NCBI GenBank assembly: GCA_047967505.1
Contig: CM106538.1
DNA length: 64,000 bases
Reading direction: 5' to 3' (one strand)
Source: Dipteris shenzhenensis
Lineage: Eukaryota
The translations under genes were made by a program, and so were the position numbers. Positions 27,190-41,309 of this stretch are shown in pieces (position 1 is the stretch's first letter; every line of letters begins with the position of its first letter). The notes under the pieces were generated by a model. That model was not told the origin of the DNA. It ran no database searches and saw only the letters and a list, made by a program, of their open reading frames with translations.

Positions 27190-30100
27190 GAGGTCAGGGG
27201 CCAGCTATAGTAGTCCTCCTCTGTAAGAAGTTAGGCAACTTTGTACGTTCATCAAATATAAAGTAGTAGTGGTTGTGTCTTGGGATATTAACATTCAATC
27301 TGGAGTGTTCCAGATTGTAGGCACTTATATGGAAATCAAGGCGTCTTTTTTCCTGTCCCACCATGAAGCAAACAAGACATCAGTACAAAGCTCTTTATGG
27401 TTAAACTAGAAGTTATTTCTAGAGATCGAGCGCGAGCCCTTATTTGGAACCAAGGCTCATGCCTTACTTTGCAAGCATCTCCAAATAGAATAGCTTTCCA
27501 ATTCATAGGTTCTCCACACTCAATGTGAATTAGTTTCCAAACTCTTCTGGCATGAGGACAAGCAACAAAAAGATGAAAAATATATTCCATAGAGTCAAGA
27601 CATCTTTGACATTTGCCATCTTGCTTTCCTATTATGAATCCTCTAGCATTAGTTCAAACTGCTTTATGGAAGCCAAGCAAGACAAGACATCTTCTTTGGA
27701 AATGTTTTAGCCCAAATTCTGTCAAACCTGGCATACCAAGCAACTCTACTATCCTTTAGGTTTCCATTTAACATTAAGGGTTCTAAAAAGGTCATCCATG
27801 TCAAAGGTTGGAGTTGAAGAGCATCCTACCCAACTAAATTCTTTATGTATACACAAGACAAAGCCTCCTTTCCAACTAGTTTCTCCCTTCCATAATTCTG
27901 ACCTCCCCATGACAAGTCCTTGACTCTAGATGGTGAGAGAGAATTCCCTTCTAATTTATGGCCATGTCTTCCATCTGAAGAGCTCTCTATTCCATAACTG
28001 CCCCCAAGATTGTAACCCCTTTTTAAAAAGACAAGATGGCAAAGCAAATTGTTCCTCTCTTAGTATAGAACTTCTTAATATAGTTGAAACCCAAACTGAG
28101 TCAATGGCCATGAAGGCACTTTTACTAGAGTATTGAAGAAAGGCTTTTATCTCTTCAAATGTACCCCAAATAGATTTCCATAGTGAAATTCCTTTGGCCT
28201 TGTGGGGTTCACAGTTGAATATAGCTAAAATATGAGGATAATTTTTCCATTTAGGAGCCTTGCAAGGTCTGATGTGTCTCATGTTTCTCAATAAGAGCTG
28301 AGCCCAACCATCTTCTGGATTTAGTAAAGCTTTGATTATCCAACTGGCAGAAAGGTTTTTTGCAACATCTGAAATGTCTATAACACCTAGCCCCCCTTCT
28401 TCCCTGGGCTTAATGCAGTAGCTCCAACTTGCCTTGGAGATTTTGTTGTTTATTGTCATGCCCATGCCAATGTCGGGCCTCTCTAGAGAGAAGCCAAGCT
28501 GATAGATAGCTGTCTCACCATACGTGAGCAAAATGTCAAAACCCTAGGGGGCCATCCACTCCAACATCGTGCAAAAGATCTACGCTACAAGAACCCACCA
28601 CTCCGATGGTATCCCCTTTGCATGGCTGTAGGTTCATGATAATCATCTTGAGCAAAAGGAGGTATGCATGAGGAATCTCTAGGTAGTTCTAGGGCCCAAG
28701 CCTCCATAACTATTGAGGTAGGGGCTGGTCCCAAGCAGAGGAGTCAAGAGGAGACACTGCATCAGGGGGAGCAGGCAAGGAGTGGGGGGGTAGGGGAAGA
28801 GATAGGCGTGGGGGGGAGGGGGGGAGATCTAGAGGAAGTGGGGGAGGCGGAGGAGAAGCTAGGGCAGCCTCCCCTAAGGGTGGACTCCAGAGCCCTTTGT
28901 AGTGCCGAACCCTGGGTGCTCTATTCTCCTATCACTGGGTGGACTGCATCAGAGGAGGTCTCCTCCTCTAGGGTCTCCGCATGCTGCTCCCCTGTGGAGG
29001 GGGAGCAAAGTCACTCTCTACTCTCCTATGCTCTCGGAGTATGGGCCCATCGCCTACAGTTCTAAAGAGCCTTTTTGGGTGGCTTCTTGCGCTCCACCTT
29101 GGTACACTCCCCACAAAAAGGATCTACACATTCTGATAAATATGTCTAACCTAGTTTTATAGGGAGATGAGCAAGAAAGATAAAAAATAGATATAGGGTA
29201 CAAAAAGTGGTTGAGTGCCAATCTCGTCCCTACCAAGTTTTCCTGGAAGCTTCTCCACTTATCCAATTTTTTCTGAAATATGACTAAGACCTAGTCCCAC
29301 CTTTGCTTCATTGTTATCTCAAAGCCCATTAAGATGTCCAAAAGTCTAAACTCTATGCCCTTTTGGATTTTGAGACACCACAGCTGCTACTGTGGAACCC
29401 CTTGTTCTTTGCCACTTAGCGTACCATACCCTATTTTGAAATGATTAATTAAAGATCCTGAAGTTTTACAAAAAACATCAAGACAATCCATCACACAACC
29501 TACATCTTGCTCATTGTTTCTAGGGGTAAGAGTAGTGTCATCTGCAAATTGTTGATAGACAAGTTGGTTACCATTCATAAGCTCAATCCCTTGGAGACTG
29601 TCCTCTTGAATTTGACTTCTGAGGACCCAACCAAGAGCATCTGCTCTGCTATAGAAAAAAGCAAAGGAGCCAAAGGGCAACCTTGTCTGATTGATCTTTT
29701 CAAAAAGAAAGGTTCACTCATCTTCCCATTGACATTCACTTTAGTTGAGGCATTAGTGAGAAGGAGCTTGACATTAGAAACAAAAGATGGACCCAAACCC
29801 ATGTCTAGTAACAAGTGAATTAAGAAATCCCATTCCAGCCTATCATATGCCTTATCAAAATCAACCTTAAGAAAGCATATATTCTGGCTAGATTCTTTGG
29901 CATTCTCACACCCTTCCCAGACGTTAATGATGGCTTCAAGAAGATGACATCCTTTAATGAACCCTTTTTGTTCAAGAAGAATCCACTCTTTCATCTTGCT
30001 TTGTATTCTAATAGCTAGAGCCTTCACAAAAATCTTGTAGTTGCAATTTATCATTTAAAGGTCTCCCATTCTTACTGCAGCTACTTTCAATGGCATCTTC

Positions 30101-31720
30101 TTTATCCACCATGAAAGGTTCAAAAGGATTTTTGTTTGCTGATTCTGGAATACTAGCACCCTCATCTTTTCCACTATTCCTGTTGACAACCTGATCTTCA
30201 TGTTGATTGTTCAATGGAGGTGCTTGAACCCACCTTTCAGTGGGGACAGCTTGCTTGCCCATAGGGGGCTCTAACTCTTTGGACTTGCCCCTCTTTAAGG
30301 GACAATTTTTGACCACATGAGTGGAAAGACCACATAGAAAAACAAGAATGAGGAAGATTCTTGTAAGTTAAAGGTTGCTCCCTATAGATGCTATCATTTC
30401 TATTGATAATGGTAAGGCATCTCCTCAGCTATATCCATCTTAAGGCAAATATGAGGATTACCTTTGGGATTAATGAAATGTTCATGTTCTACTCCCAGAA
30501 CTTCACCCAAACCACAACAGAGAAAGGGCAATTGATGGCACAGATACAAGGGTAGGTCTGGGAGTTCTACCCACATAGGGATTCTAGTAGACCTAGGGGC
30601 ATTAGGGGAGAATTCTTCAGTCCACCACTCTAGATATAAGGGTTGATTTCTAATGGTCCAAAGACCATGTTGCATGGCTCTTGCAGCCATCTCAGACTTC
30701 TACAAAAGAAAGAGAAAGCAGCCTTTTTTAAAGAACCTCACATTTAGAAGATTCATACCCTTTCTGACCCAATTGGTTCTTATCCAAGATTCTATAAAAG
30801 CCAATGGGGGTTTAACACCTAGTAGAAAGCCAACTAGAGCATGTGTGCACAACCACAGCACAGAGTCATGCAACAAAGTGTCATCCAAGAAGGCCATTAT
30901 TGTCTTACATGTTCCAGCAGCTTCACTCTCTCCATCAAGTTGTGCTGCTCTAACAGCATCTTATTGTGTAGCATGTTTGGACTCTGTGACTATCGGGGTG
31001 GCGTGAAACCTCTAATTTTCTCTTGGATGGGCCCGGAGAGCCCCGACTCACTCGAAGTCTTCTTAGGATAGTTGTTATTTGCTCATCCGTCTTTTCTTGA
31101 AGTATTTTCGCTAATTGTGAAAGGTTTGGCTCTGCTCTTATTTGCATGTCCTCCTAGGGCTCCATCTTTATCTCCATGTATGGTTCCTGCTTCACTAGTA
31201 GGAGTGTGTTCAGAGACATCACCCCTCCATTCCATGTGCCCCTCGGCTAGTTGAATAGTTCTAGCTAACTTCCCAGGGGCTCCTGTGAGTAGTCATTCTT
31301 CACTAGAGATTCCACATTCGTATTTGCTCTAGGGAGAGGGAGCGGTTGGGGCTTTGTGTAAGTCTCCCACGGCCATGGGCCCATCTGCACCGGCAGTGCT
31401 AGGAGCAAAACATGATCCGGGGGGGGAAGCTAAAGAAGCCCCCGCATGGATTATGAGTTGCATGCACATAAGAGGGGCGTACAATAGCTCCTTCTCTTCC
31501 TCATTGACCTCCTCGGGTATTGGCAAGAGCTCCATATCTTGGTGGGAGAGTAGAGCGCACATTCGGATTTTTTGGCTTCGAAGAAGGAAATCGAAGCTCA
31601 TCTGTGAACTCGAAATTGCATGTCTGGTGAAAAGGCGCTTGATCCAAAAAGGCTCACGAAAGTTTTGTCAAGAGATCATGTGCGACGTATGCAAATGAAA
31701 AGAAATATCCTTGAGACTGA
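27190..31720 (-). mobile_element. L1-clade LINE, pseudogenised; endonuclease region deleted and a ~640 bp insertion in ORF2
   Basis: DUF4283-like ORF1 (FFKKGCFLF, WWTEEFSP, IPMWVELPDLP). RT motifs LKVDFDKAYDRLEW, SIRQGCPLAPLLF, QQFADDTTL; KPREEGGLGV; C-terminal HLFVACPHARRVW. ORF1 sequence joins directly to the RT at ~30060. Confidence 0.85.
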
Positions 31721-32229
31721 TGGGAGTTGAGAGGTGAAGGTGACCAAACTGAATGTCACCCTCAAAAGCACCACCCCCTCTGTCTCCCCATCACCATTGT
31801 CACCCGTCTCCATTCCCTCAACTTTTCTCCTTCTCTTTTTGCCTCAAGCTACAAGTTTTTGAGCTTCTCTTAGGAATATTTGTGCTCTTTTCATGGCTAA
31901 ACTATTTAATAGAGATATCACCTTATCATGCCTCTCCCTCTAATACATTGATTTCCTCTTCCATGTATTTTATCTCCATGCTCCTGCCAAAGGTATAGGT
32001 TTTTATGCTTTGCTTAGGGATCTTTGTGTTCTTTTTATGGATAACTCGTGTACTAAGATAATTTTATACCTAGACCAAATCTCTACCCAAATTATCTGGA
32101 CATTTTGTTCTATGGATTTCAACCAAAAAAAGTTTATATTTGCTTTAAAACACACGCTCTTTGGATTCTTTCCCATCCCAATTTCATCTTAGAAAGAACA
32201 AGTTTGTGGTCAGAAGTGAAGCATGAGCT

Positions 32230-33500
32230 AAAAGTCTTGAGAGCAATTGTCAAATAGTGGGTCCCTATGTCAGTCCCCTACCTACTAAAAAAATCTTTAT
32301 TCTAATGAGCCTCAAGTCCTCTAATCACTTCAAATTATCTTTATCTCCTATCCTATGCCTCCATGTGCTTTTAGAGACATTTTTAAATATGTTCATAGGC
32401 TCCAAAAGATAGCCTATCTTTGAATGTTTTTGATAAGAAAGAGTAGAAAATAGAAAGCCCTTCCATGCCATGTGGTGGGTACAAGAGTGTCATGCTTTAT
32501 CCATTCCACCAATCAATCCCTCACCTTCAATATTAAAGATGCTTCAGCCATATTAGGCTCAACAAATAAAGTAGGATGTGGTAGGGATGAGCCAAAATGG
32601 GTAAGCATAATATCCTTGCAATTTTATCATGTTAACCCATGACATTCATGCATGGTCCACAATCAAATCCCCTATAACATTATGTCTTCCCTGCAAATGG
32701 TTCATGAGATATCACACACCTAAGTCCCATGCTAAGAAGCTTGAAATTTATTCACGAACGCTGCAAGATACACACCCACGTTCTTGACTTGCAATTGTTA
32801 GGGCTAGCATCTTTATAGTAAGCCACCGAAGAATATTGTAGTTTACAAAAATATTGAAACCCTACAACTATCAATGGCCATGCAGACTGACATATGAATT
32901 GGCATCCAAAGAGAGTAACACCTTCCATAGCCAATCCAATATATAAATGGTGAGGCTCATCTAGGCTACTTGTACTCTGTGTGGCACCATGCTTTCCCAC
33001 CAGATATTCTTAATATGAAATTTATTAAACAATTTTGAGCATCCTAGTCCATTAGTTGGCCCAATGAAGTGCATCAAAACATGTTTTTTAACCTAGAGAT
33101 AATAGCAATATGTCATAATACCTTCTTTGGTATCTTACCTCCTTGCGTATCTTACCCATACTATTGCTTCACATTGCAGAAGATCGAGGCATGCTTATAG
33201 ACATCCTTGTAAATAATAAAATCATTTGGACAAGCATAGACAGATTCGTTGTCCATACAAAATGTTGTTAGATTGCTTTCCCTCTTTCATGGACTTTGGG
33301 ATTGTGATACCCTTTGGAAGTAATGTAAACAAGAACCTATGTAGGAATGCATTGGGTCTATGTCTCAAAAAGTCTCTTATTATAGTAAAACAAGGTTTCT
33401 TATCAAAATAGAGAGGTGACAATTATGTCAAGCCACGCATAGGTATCATGTAGATTCAATAAGATAAGAATTGCTATGAGATCAGATGCGCAATATGCTG
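32230..33500 (-). mobile_element. CACTA (En/Spm) Tnp2-type transposase pseudogene
   Basis: Minus-strand fragments in the expected order: LLPKGITIPKSMKEGK, VYACPNDFIIY (cf. IHACPNDCILY), EPHHLYIGLAMEGVTLFG...AWPLIVV (cf. RNIRLGLATDGFNPFG...WPV). Confidence 0.7.
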
Positions 33501-34703
33501 TGTAGTATTTGCCTCATCTCTTTATAGAGACTCCTCAAGACTCATGGGCTACAATTCTAGATGCTCTCCATCTCTTGGACAAAATATTGTAATCTTCATG
33601 CTCATTCCTTAGATTGATGAAGATATGTATGTATAATGTCATTTGCATCATCATACTGTGGTGATCACTTTGTGTAGGTACATATTCATATTCTTGGGAA
33701 TCCCTCATGCTTCTTTTAGCGAATGTTGATAGTTCGAATTCAATTATAATTCATGAGGTTGATAAGGTAATGCATCATGTCACCTTGCATCTAGTTCCTC
33801 TTGATTTCCTTTCATCTCATTCCTCTTCTCCACCTAAAATAGAATATGTCCATGTTGACATAAATTTCAAATCTTAGACAAGGCCTGATGACTTAGGCAA
33901 GTACAAATCCTCATCCACATACCTCCTCATTGTTTTATACATATATTTGTGGTTCAACAACCCATAGCCTTGAATATGCTTATTAGTTATGTGAAGTTGT
34001 CTACTTATGGCACCCATTCATCATGCACATTCACATAAATCTTCTCACATAATTGAGGATGATAAAAATTATTTTGGAGTTTCTCTTCCACATCTATGAT
34101 TCTCAATGACATCTATAAATCTACGTGCATCAATGGCTGCACCATTAGAGATAAAGCTTTTGCAATAGACCTTCTCATAAAATTCTAAAGCCATCTACAT
34201 AGGCAAAAACATAATTACAAGTTGTTGCTTATAGCATTGGTTCGAAGCCCATCCATTGATCAAACCATGTGGAAGAGAATAGTACAACATAACATTTAAA
34301 TGTAGTTTACCTATGAATCTAGTCCACTGGTGTACTTCATGGCTCCAACTTGCCAGTAGAAGGCACGAAGGGAATATCTCATAATCTTCTTGTATTCATT
34401 CCTTATCATTATGGAGCATCATGACTAACCATGAAGGTAAAGATGGCATTAACTTTCTCTTTCATGTGCTACATGCAATGAACTATCATATCAAAATTTT
34501 GAGGATAGTATTCCAACACAAATTTCCATTGTGAGGGTTTGTAGTGCCCTTCCATTTGTTTGTCATAAGGACTACAGACTATGTTCCCAATTACGTTCCA
34601 AGTAGACACTAGCACAAACATCCTCCTCACCCCATCGATTCATTTCAGATGAAAATATTTGGTGAGAATTTTTTGGGGCAAGTGCATGCAAAAACAATAC
34701 ATG

Positions 34704-34716
34704 CCCCCCCCCCCCG

Positions 34717-34802
<86 letters not shown>
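34704..34802. repeat. C12 run followed by (CT)42 microsatellite
   Basis: Direct reading: C run 34704-34715, (CT)n 34719-34802. Confidence 0.97.
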
Positions 34803-34807
<5 letters not shown>

Positions 34808-35049
34808 TTTCCATTTTTCTCTCTCCAACGTCCCTTTCCCACAAAATTTTTTATTTGACTATTGTATCTATACCCATCTCCTTAGGGATGGGTATACAAA
34901 AAATTTGGGGATGGGTATATAAAATAATTTAGAGCAGTGCCAGCATCATGAAATGAAGTATATTAGGGATGGGTATATAAAAGGATTGTGTACAAATTTT
35001 ATTCTTAATAGCAAGGGTTGGAGTCCTTGCCATTTTTTAAAACTTTCCC

Positions 35050-36892
35050 CAAATAAGAATAAATGGAAAAATGAGAGATGGGGGGGGGGGGGAGCGTAGA
35101 GTCATAAATGAATAAGAGAAGGATGGGAAGACAATCTATGTAGGGCTAGGGAGAAAGCGTAATGAATTTTTTAAGGTTTAAAGTTAAATCAAAAAGTGAA
35201 AAGGAAAGATAGAATATCTGGGCAATGTAAGGGAATGTGAATATAGTGAGGTGGATTACAAAGGGATTAATTTTTTGGGGAAATGATAAGGGAATGCTGT
35301 AAAGGGAGATTATGAAAACAAGAAGAGAAAATAAAAGGGGAAAAATATACGGGTAAAATTTAGAGATAAAGAGGGGAGGGAAAAAAGAAGGTGGGGGGAA
35401 TGATAAGAAAGAACTAATAAAAAGGTCAAGAAATTTAAAAATTGCTAATAAAGAGGTCTACCTTAATAAATGTAAGGTTTAGAGAGGTAAAACAAAATTA
35501 AGAGGTTTAAGGGGGGGGGGATTGTTCATAGTTATTAAAACTTTGGGAGGGGAGGTTGAAGAGGGAAATTAGAAATAAATAGAGACAGTGCGCGGCACAT
35601 AGACCGTCGAGACTGTGCAACACAGAGACTGTGAAGGCACAATCATAGAGACCATGCGGGAGTAATTAGAGGAGGGAGTTTATTGATCTGGGGGTGGCAC
35701 AAAGAACGAGTCCATAGAGTGATGGCGAAAGGGCCACGAGGGAAAGGCAAACAATGATTGCAAGGGTGGAACTAGTAGTAGATGGTAGAGGCGAAGTACG
35801 GGGCACGAAGCACGGAGAGAGCGTAGGCAGTGGGCAATGAAGATTGCGAGCGTAGAGGGGATTTCGTTTGTGGAGTTTGAGGTGGGTAAGGTAGGCTATA
35901 TATATAGGAGAAGGGAGGGGTAGTCGGGGAGGGGAGTAGGGAAGCTGGGGATTATTTTGGGAAGACAAGGGCATTTGATAATGCCACTGGTGCATGGAGG
36001 GAAAAGGGCTGAGGGGGGGTAATTAAAAAGTTAAGGGGGAAATTTTTAAAATTTAAAAAGGGTTAAGTTGGCGGGATAGGAATTCATTTGGGGTAGTTAG
36101 GGAAAGGTTAGAGTGAGAGTTGGTTAGGGAGAGAAGGGGGGTTTAGTTAGTGAGAGCGAAGTTTGGAAAAGGTAAATAAAATAAAGATAAAATAAAAAAT
36201 GAAAATTTAAGGAAGTATTAATTAAATTTGAAGAGAATAGCGGGTAACAGGAAAAAGTATTTAGGAAAACTAGAAAAAAGGGAATTTTTTAAAGAGGTTT
36301 AAATTAGGAAAAAGAGAAACAAAAGGGAACATTTAGTGGAAAGCAAAGGGGAAATTGAGGGAAAATTAGGTGTAGTAGGAATAAGTCAGGAAAATAAGAA
36401 ACCACAATGGAAGAATTTGGCAAATAAAGAAAAAAAGAAGACAAATTAAGACAAAATAATAAACAATTTTTTTCAAAAAATAAGGAGAACTAAGATACAA
36501 GATGGGGGGTAAATAACGAGAGAAAAAATTAGTGCCAAAATAGGGAGATAACGGAAAAATATTAGGGAAAAATATTGAATAAAAGGGAAATATTAGAAAA
36601 TTTTGGAAAAAGGGAAAAAAGGAAATATTGTAATAAAATAATAGAAAAGATAGGAAGAGGGGGTTGGGGTTGGGGGGGGGACAGAAAATAAGAAAAAAAT
36701 TAGGGAATTAAGGAAAATTTAGGAAAATAAGGGAAAATAGGAAAAAGTAGGGAAACTTAAGAGGGAGAAAATAAGGGAACTTAGGGGGACTGATATAAGA
36801 AAAAAATTAGGGAATTAAGGAAATTTTATAAAAATAAGGGTAAACAGGGATTTTAGGAGAAAGAGAGGGGAGAGAGAGTGAGGGAACAATTC

Positions 36893-36932
<40 letters not shown>
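35050..36932 (+). repeat. Strongly purine-skewed low-complexity region ending in (GA)19 (36895-36932)
   Basis: A/G-rich + strand with several G runs and short agagac.gtg repeats at 35580-35660. Confidence 0.8.
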
Positions 36933-36934
<2 letters not shown>

Positions 36935-37217
36935 TAATCATGATAGAGAAAGACTTTATTTGATTTTCTTAGTTTATGTGCTCTCAAAATATGATAAATC
37001 TATTTGAATACAGCCCATGTAGTCTATAAACAAGTAAGATTGTTGTGTAGTTGACTTCACCTAGTAACATGATTGGGTTAAAGGAATTTTAGCTACACAT
37101 TGTGTGAGTCCTTTGGTAAAACAACTAGCTTTTTTGTCATTCGAAGTAGATGATAGAGCAAGCTTAATGCTCATTCATGTAGCTTTTGATAGATGTTTTC
37201 ATAGGTTCCAAAATGAA

Positions 37218-37293
37218 ACTAAGTGGAATGTCGTCAAAGATGTCTTCATTTAACATTTCACTAAGTGGAATGTCGTCAAAGATGTCTTCATTT
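37218..37293. repeat. Tandem duplication, 42-bp period
   Basis: actaagtggaatgtcgtcaaagatgtcttcattta twice. Confidence 0.9.
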
Positions 37294-39149
37294 AGCATTA
37301 TGAAACTAAACGTTTTAGTAAATGGGTTGTCTTGAAAGGTGTGTTCTTGTAGCATATTTGAAAGAATACTATAGATATTGTAAAAGTTGTACAAAATCAA
37401 GCATAGGAAGCATGAATGGGTGGAAGATTATCTCAGAAGATTCTAGACCCTTATGAGAAGAGTTCCTACTTGAAAGTCTTCTCAACAAGGGGCTAAAACC
37501 TCCCAACATAATATGTCACTAGCTACTCTTGTGCACTTGATCGTGCATTATAACTTCTACAATAGCTATACTATCATCTTATCTTTCTAAAAATGCTATA
37601 TTAATATGGCATCTAAAAAGACATCCCATTTAGTGAAATATTAAGTTTCATACCAAACAAATAGATTCATGGTTGCACCTTGCAAACTAAGTGGGAACAA
37701 ATTGATAGGGTCCTTATCATATGCATACCTTTGATAGTGTAGAAGGATCTAAATAAACTGTGAGTATCTAGATTTGCATGCCTCTTTCCTTAAAGTGGGA
37801 CAAAAGATCCTTGATCGTGCTTCTTGTGCATTTTTGCCATCATAATGGCAACTATACTAGTGAATCCGGCTCTATCTCATAGTTTTTCCAATCGTTACAT
37901 GCTTGAGTTTGCACGTTTGAGTCATTCAAATCATAAAACCTCTGATTTAAGAACTACTCTCATTCACATTTCCTATTTTTTCCCCATTTGATCCAATTTA
38001 GTTGAGCTTGAAACTCCATGACCTTCAAGGTCATGAGATTCATTTTCTTCAAATTCATCGCATTCTTCGTTAGATACTATAAGACATGTTGCCTATCTAC
38101 AAATAAGCCCTTCATCATCCATATAGAAGCCGTCATATGGCACAATCGCTTTACTAGAGACATTGCCAAAAAGTGGCAGGCATAGAAATGACCTACTTGT
38201 ATGCTTACATGGTATTGTACTAGGAAAGGGCATTTCTAAGAATAAAATATGCCCCTCACAGCACTTCCTATTGCGATAATGCAAAGCTCCCTATTTATTT
38301 GGACAAGATTGACTAATCCTACACCTCAACAGGACCTCAAGTAGCTTTGGGCATATTGCTAACCAATTACACAACCATCTAATTAAAAAATTAGAAGTGA
38401 TGTACTAGGACCATAGGTAGCTAGATATGCAATGTGAAGCTCCAAAGCACACACTTGTCTCTTGAGAAAGGAAACCCACTAGCTGCTGAACTTAGAAAAA
38501 GATTGTAGTAAAGGAGAGGACACCATTCACTAAGGCAAGAGTGAAACAAGGTTGAGAAAAGAGCAAGAATAAAAGAAGCAAAAAGGAGCAAATAAAACCT
38601 ATCACATGTGGCCAAAGTTCCACAATTTTGGGTGTATGTCATGAGGAAAATAGGTATGAAATATACTACTTTCCATATGTTGTGTGAATGCTCCCCCTTT
38701 GGAACATGCCCAAAATCCCTCCCTTGATCCAAATTACCACCAAGGGTTCCATATCTCAACTTGCTTTCTCCCTCAGCTTTTCTTCTTCTTTCCTCCGTTT
38801 AGTCCCTCATTCCACTCTCTTTTGCTCTACTATTATCAACACAAAAGTCTTTTGAATTGAACGTTTATGGAATTGTTACATTGCCGTGCTTACATAATGA
38901 AACCCCTAACCTCCCACATTAAATGTGACCATTAGATCCCAATAGCTTTTTATTACTCGGATTATGTAAGCACCTCATAGGGTGTGTATTGTGGCTCAAA
39001 GCAAGCACTCCTTTTTCTTTTCTTTTTTTCCACACCCACACACTTTTGGCCAATTATGATAGGCCAACCACTTGTGGCTTATGCTGAGAGGCAAAAGGTG
39101 ATCTTCTTGAGGGAATCGAGAGCAGACAGTCAGCCGGTTGCTCCTCAAA

Positions 39150-39346
39150 GGAGCACTCTTTTAAGTAGCATTTTGAAAGATTCGAAGTAAAACGAAGATT
39201 CCTCTTTTGAAGGCTCTCGACACGCAGTAGGTGATCTTCTGGAGGGGACCGACACAGGTAGTCCGCAAACTAGCACTCTTTTAAGTAGCATTTCGAAAAA
39301 TTCCAGCTGAAACAAAGATTCCCCTTATGAAGGCGGTGATAAATTG

Positions 39347-39377
<31 letters not shown>

Positions 39378-39701
39378 CATGTACATGGGCAATTGTCCAT
39401 GGCCTATGCCGAGAGGCAGCAGGTGAATGGAATGCAGGCAGCTAGCGAAGGTGGGCAAACGCTCGAACCGCATAGTGGCAACGCTCGAACCGCCCTGCCA
39501 CTATGCGGCGGCCGCCGCGGGAGCAAGAGAGAGAGAAACTGTGTTAAGTAGCATTTTGAAAGATTCGAAGTAAAACAAAAGATTCGCCTTTGGAGGCCTC
39601 ACATTATAAGGTGCGTTCTCTAAAGGCAGATTTTGTGTATTCGAAGAAGTTCACGATTTTGTGGATGTATTGATTTTGTGTATTCGAAGAAGTTCACGAT
39701 T
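39150..39701. repeat. Short direct repeats upstream of the WD40 gene
   Basis: ttaagtagcatt(t/c)gaaa.att at ~39160, ~39281, ~39544; gattttgtgtattcgaagaagttcacgatt at ~39629 and ~39673. Confidence 0.75.
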
Positions 39702-39956
39702 CCCGCCATCCTGGGGTAAATCTTGTCCGTGCTCCTCCAGCCTTCTCTTGTTGTTGTTGGCTATGGCGCACCAGATCACATAGCATTTGTGCTGTCGATC
39801 CTGCTTCCATTTCCACATTACCTTCCCGATCTTGCTGTTACATACACGCTCCGAATTTTGAACAGTTCATTCTCTCCACTGGCGTCCGAATTCCCACAGC
39901 CTTCCCATCACGATGGAGCGTTTTGTCACGCGTGACTCTTGAGGCGATCTGGTGCA

Positions 39957-40073
39957 ATGGAGTTCAGCGACACCTATAAGCACACTGGTCCTTGCGCCTT
40001 TTCTCCAGATGCTCGGTTGCTGGCGGTTGCCGTGGATTACCGACTTGTGATCCGCGACGTTGTCTCACTCAAG
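39957..40073 (+). CDS. WRAP73: Exon 1 of a WD40-repeat protein WRAP73/WDR8 homolog; later exons not found in the window
   Basis: MEFSDTYKHTGPCAFSPDARLLAVAVDYRLVIRDVVSLK closely matches the plant WRAP73 N-terminus as recalled (MEFTEAYKQTGPCCFSP...AVAVDYRLVIRD). Similarity ends at AAG|GT, consistent with a phase-0 donor at 40074. Confidence 0.85.
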
Positions 40074-41309
40074 GTCTTCTTTGTGTTCTCCTCCTCTATT
40101 CTTCCTCAGAATCCTGTTTCCTGTCGGAGTTTAAATGCAGGACATCCCAATCACGGTACCACACTGTACTCCGAGTTCTGGGTATCCAGGTCCTTCTAGG
40201 AGGTCGCTTAGCCATGGTTGCTGTTATAACGATTAGTGATTTCCAACGAGTCTCCGAGTGCCCGTTTGTTTCTTTGTTTCGTATAGGCCGGAGAAACCCT
40301 GTTCTTCATCCCCGACCTGGGTGGTGTTATTATGTCCTGGCGGTTAGAGGGTCATAAAAGCTCGTTTTTTGGAGATGTGAAGCCTTTTCCTGTTGAGAGG
40401 CCTTGAAGCTAAAGCGGTTGCGTTGAAAGCTGTTACCCTCTCGTTCTCTCAACACATATTAGATTGAAGTAGGAACGTACATTCTTTAGAGCGAGTCAAA
40501 GTTCAAATAGTAAAAGGTTTTTCACACAAATAGCCAAGCGAATACCGTTGTAGCCTCTCATCGGAGGAAAAAAAGCTTCGCTTCATGTTGGCAAGAAAGG
40601 CTCACGTCGACCTTGAGGTGAATGTCTGGGTTATTCCTCCCCGGTGGCACCAAAGATATGGATTAGGATTCCAAGCTGCCCATCATTTCCCAAGCCGTGG
40701 CCTGCGCATGATGTAGGGGTAGGTCTACACATGGCATCTGCTCTTTCCCAAAGCCACGGCCATCATCGGGTGATTACTCTTCATTACGAAGAACAGCCAC
40801 TAGGTATAGCTTGGCACCTAGGCAGAGGTGGGGATGAGTTGTCCTGCCTCGCAAGCCATTGATTTCAGGAGATACTCGATAGCTTGGCAATATAAGGAAA
40901 TGGGAGTGGTGTTACCTCAGCTTTGAAATCTGTAGCGTTGATTGTGGCTCTCTTTCAGTCTATAGGAGAGATGATATGCTGAATTCTAGGCACAATGGGA
41001 GGCAGCCTCAAAGATTGGAGAAATGGTTTCTTTTTCCACTAGCATGCATAAAATAGTGGCACTCGTCATCCGTTGCGTGGTGCTTCACCAACTAGGGATT
41101 ACATTCCCTCTTGTGGTGTCCTACCTCTGGTTGTGTTGACATTCTTTGGCTCGTGAAATGTGCAACCGAGATAAGTTGTTTAAAGCCTTAGAATACTAAA
41201 TTACATATGGCCCTATGAGTTGAGAGAGGTGAACATTTTTTTACAAGGATCCAGAAGCAATAGATGGAAAACCTTCATAGGCACCTATTAGGCAGACCTC
41301 TTTATCTTT

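Noticed and set aside
34572-34922. (ER)n and (LS)n ORFs
   Set aside because: Artefacts of the (CT)42 microsatellite.
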